DNA of 63,982 nucleotides, filler included, from Basidiobolus ranarum (Eukaryota): NCBI GenBank assembly GCA_040143965.1. It is 4 parts of 4 records of this genome, joined end to end, with 100 filler letters (N's around TTAATTAATTAA, not from the genome) between each part and the next. Parts side by side here need not be neighbours in the genome. Positions count along the whole stretch, not along the records: positions 49,050 to 63,982 come from JASJQH010000404.1; 3 more parts are not named here. One strand, 5' to 3'. Shown piece by piece: positions 62,545 to 63,982 of this stretch (position 1 is its first letter; each line of letters starts with the position of its first letter). The notes under the pieces were generated by a model. It saw only the letters and a program-made list of their open reading frames with translations, ran no database searches and was not told where the DNA came from. The position numbers and the translations under genes were made by a program.

Positions 62545-63982
62545 GTTTGTCTCTGCAGAGTATTCGGTCAAGAGCGAGAAAGCAACAGTATAGCACTTAC
62601 GGGAGAAAGGCTGAGCTCTACTTATACCATGTCCATATGACCATTCGTGAAACCTAAATTGCCATTCTCAAATTAGACGGAAGTAAATCTTCAGTCATCG
62701 TTTGGAAATTCATCTAATCGTCACTATTCGTTTTGGATGATCCATTTCATGTACGTTTAAGGCTAAGAAAATAAGCGAAGCATGCTTTGAGTCTTGATTT
62801 CGTAAACAGTTATACTACAGTGTAGTAAAATTAAACTGGTAACATTGCATTCGCTGGGTGTGATTTCAATATTTACTAAAACGAGTAAATCACCTCACAC
62901 CCATGCAAATGAGAGTCATTGAAATTCCCAAATTGGCGCTGATGATGAGTTTTTATTGGCTAATCGGTATTTTCAATACTTATATCTTTCGTGATTGTTT
63001 CAAATACCTCATTTACGGTATTCGTATTCTGAACAAAAATAAATGAGAATTGTGTTGACTTCTGGGACGATATTGGCTTAAATCTGGCTTTCTTTTGAAA
63101 GAAGTGTTTGGAGATAGAGGAGAATAAAAGGAACGACAAAATAAAGAGACGAGCGGGTGTATATTGATAATAAATGAGAAAGATCAAACCCTAACCCTAC
63201 TAAGAAACCTAGATATAGAAAAAACTGGCCTCTAGAATACGATAAAAAATGTAGCTAAAAATTCGAAAAAATCTAGATTACACACACTCGCATTAGAGGC
63301 AAGGTAATCTTTCAACTATGTATTAACCCTAGACACACGCAGTTTGCAAAGGAATACAAGGTTTCATGACTATCAGCCTCTACGACTCACAACAATCCCC
63401 AGTGAACCACTGGATCTTAAGATTTTGAGAGATCTTTTTGGCGTGGCTAAAATGCATTGGCCCCATCCTTCAATTAAATAGCCCCACTTTGTACGAGAAT
63501 TCTTCAACCAGTTTATAGTCTCATCTAACCATATTTCTGTTGATGAATATACACTACATCGATTGATACGATGTATCAACGCTAGGGAAGGACTAGAGAG
63601 CAATATGATTAAAGGTATGCAATATCGCATTGGCGCAAAGAATCGAGGTGAACCTGCTAGGTCTTCCCCCGATTTATGTTAGCGCTAAGTAGAATTGATT
63701 TATCATCTACTTTATTGGTCCAGAATCTTCACTCATTCAAGGCTAAATCTACAACACTACCATCTGGATAATCTCTGGTTGAAGAAGTTAGCACATATGC
63801 TTGGTTACCTACGGACATTTCTAAACTAGAGACCTGACTAAAATTCTTTTGTGGCACTTTACTTGTATTCCATCAGACAATCAATCTGTCCCAAAAGCGC
63901 CCACAGAACAGCACCAGCACCTGAATCTAGCACTTGCCTTATGCTTATGTCTTTACATTCCCTAGGGTTGGGACCACGTGGT

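Overview
AT-rich eukaryotic DNA from a fungus with many short GT-AG introns. An early-diverging lineage (Zoopagomycota/Mucoromycota-like) is inferred from gene style, not proven. The window is four contigs joined by artificial 100-bp N44-TTAATTAATTAA-N44 linkers; their lengths (16,256, 16,250, 16,243, >14,900) suggest size-sorted concatenation, so adjacency across linkers is probably not biological. Recognisable genes: VMS1/ANKZF1, an MFS (Dal5/Tna1-type) transporter, a velvet-domain regulator, GNA1, an S9 peptidase, LCB2, a mitochondrial carrier, a Sel1-repeat protein, RPS27, MOB2, TPS2, a PIGBOS1-like small protein, BUD6/AIP3, a bacterial-type DAACS/GltP symporter, a partial OST3/OST6 and GSK3. 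Also present: one intact tRNA-Gly(CCC), three degenerate tRNA-like sequences, and five copies of a Copia LTR family (one complete solo LTR with a 5-bp TSD). The most interesting signal is missed by the ORF track: two paralogous 58-59-aa genes (33211-33390 and 35846-36022) encoding secreted, cationic six-cysteine peptides, with a clear excess of synonymous differences and a co-duplicated promoter. Three proteins carry substitutions at normally conserved functional residues: the S9 nucleophile (Ser->Phe), several LCB2 motifs and the DAACS NMDGT Asp (->Ala). CDS coordinates are gene spans including introns.
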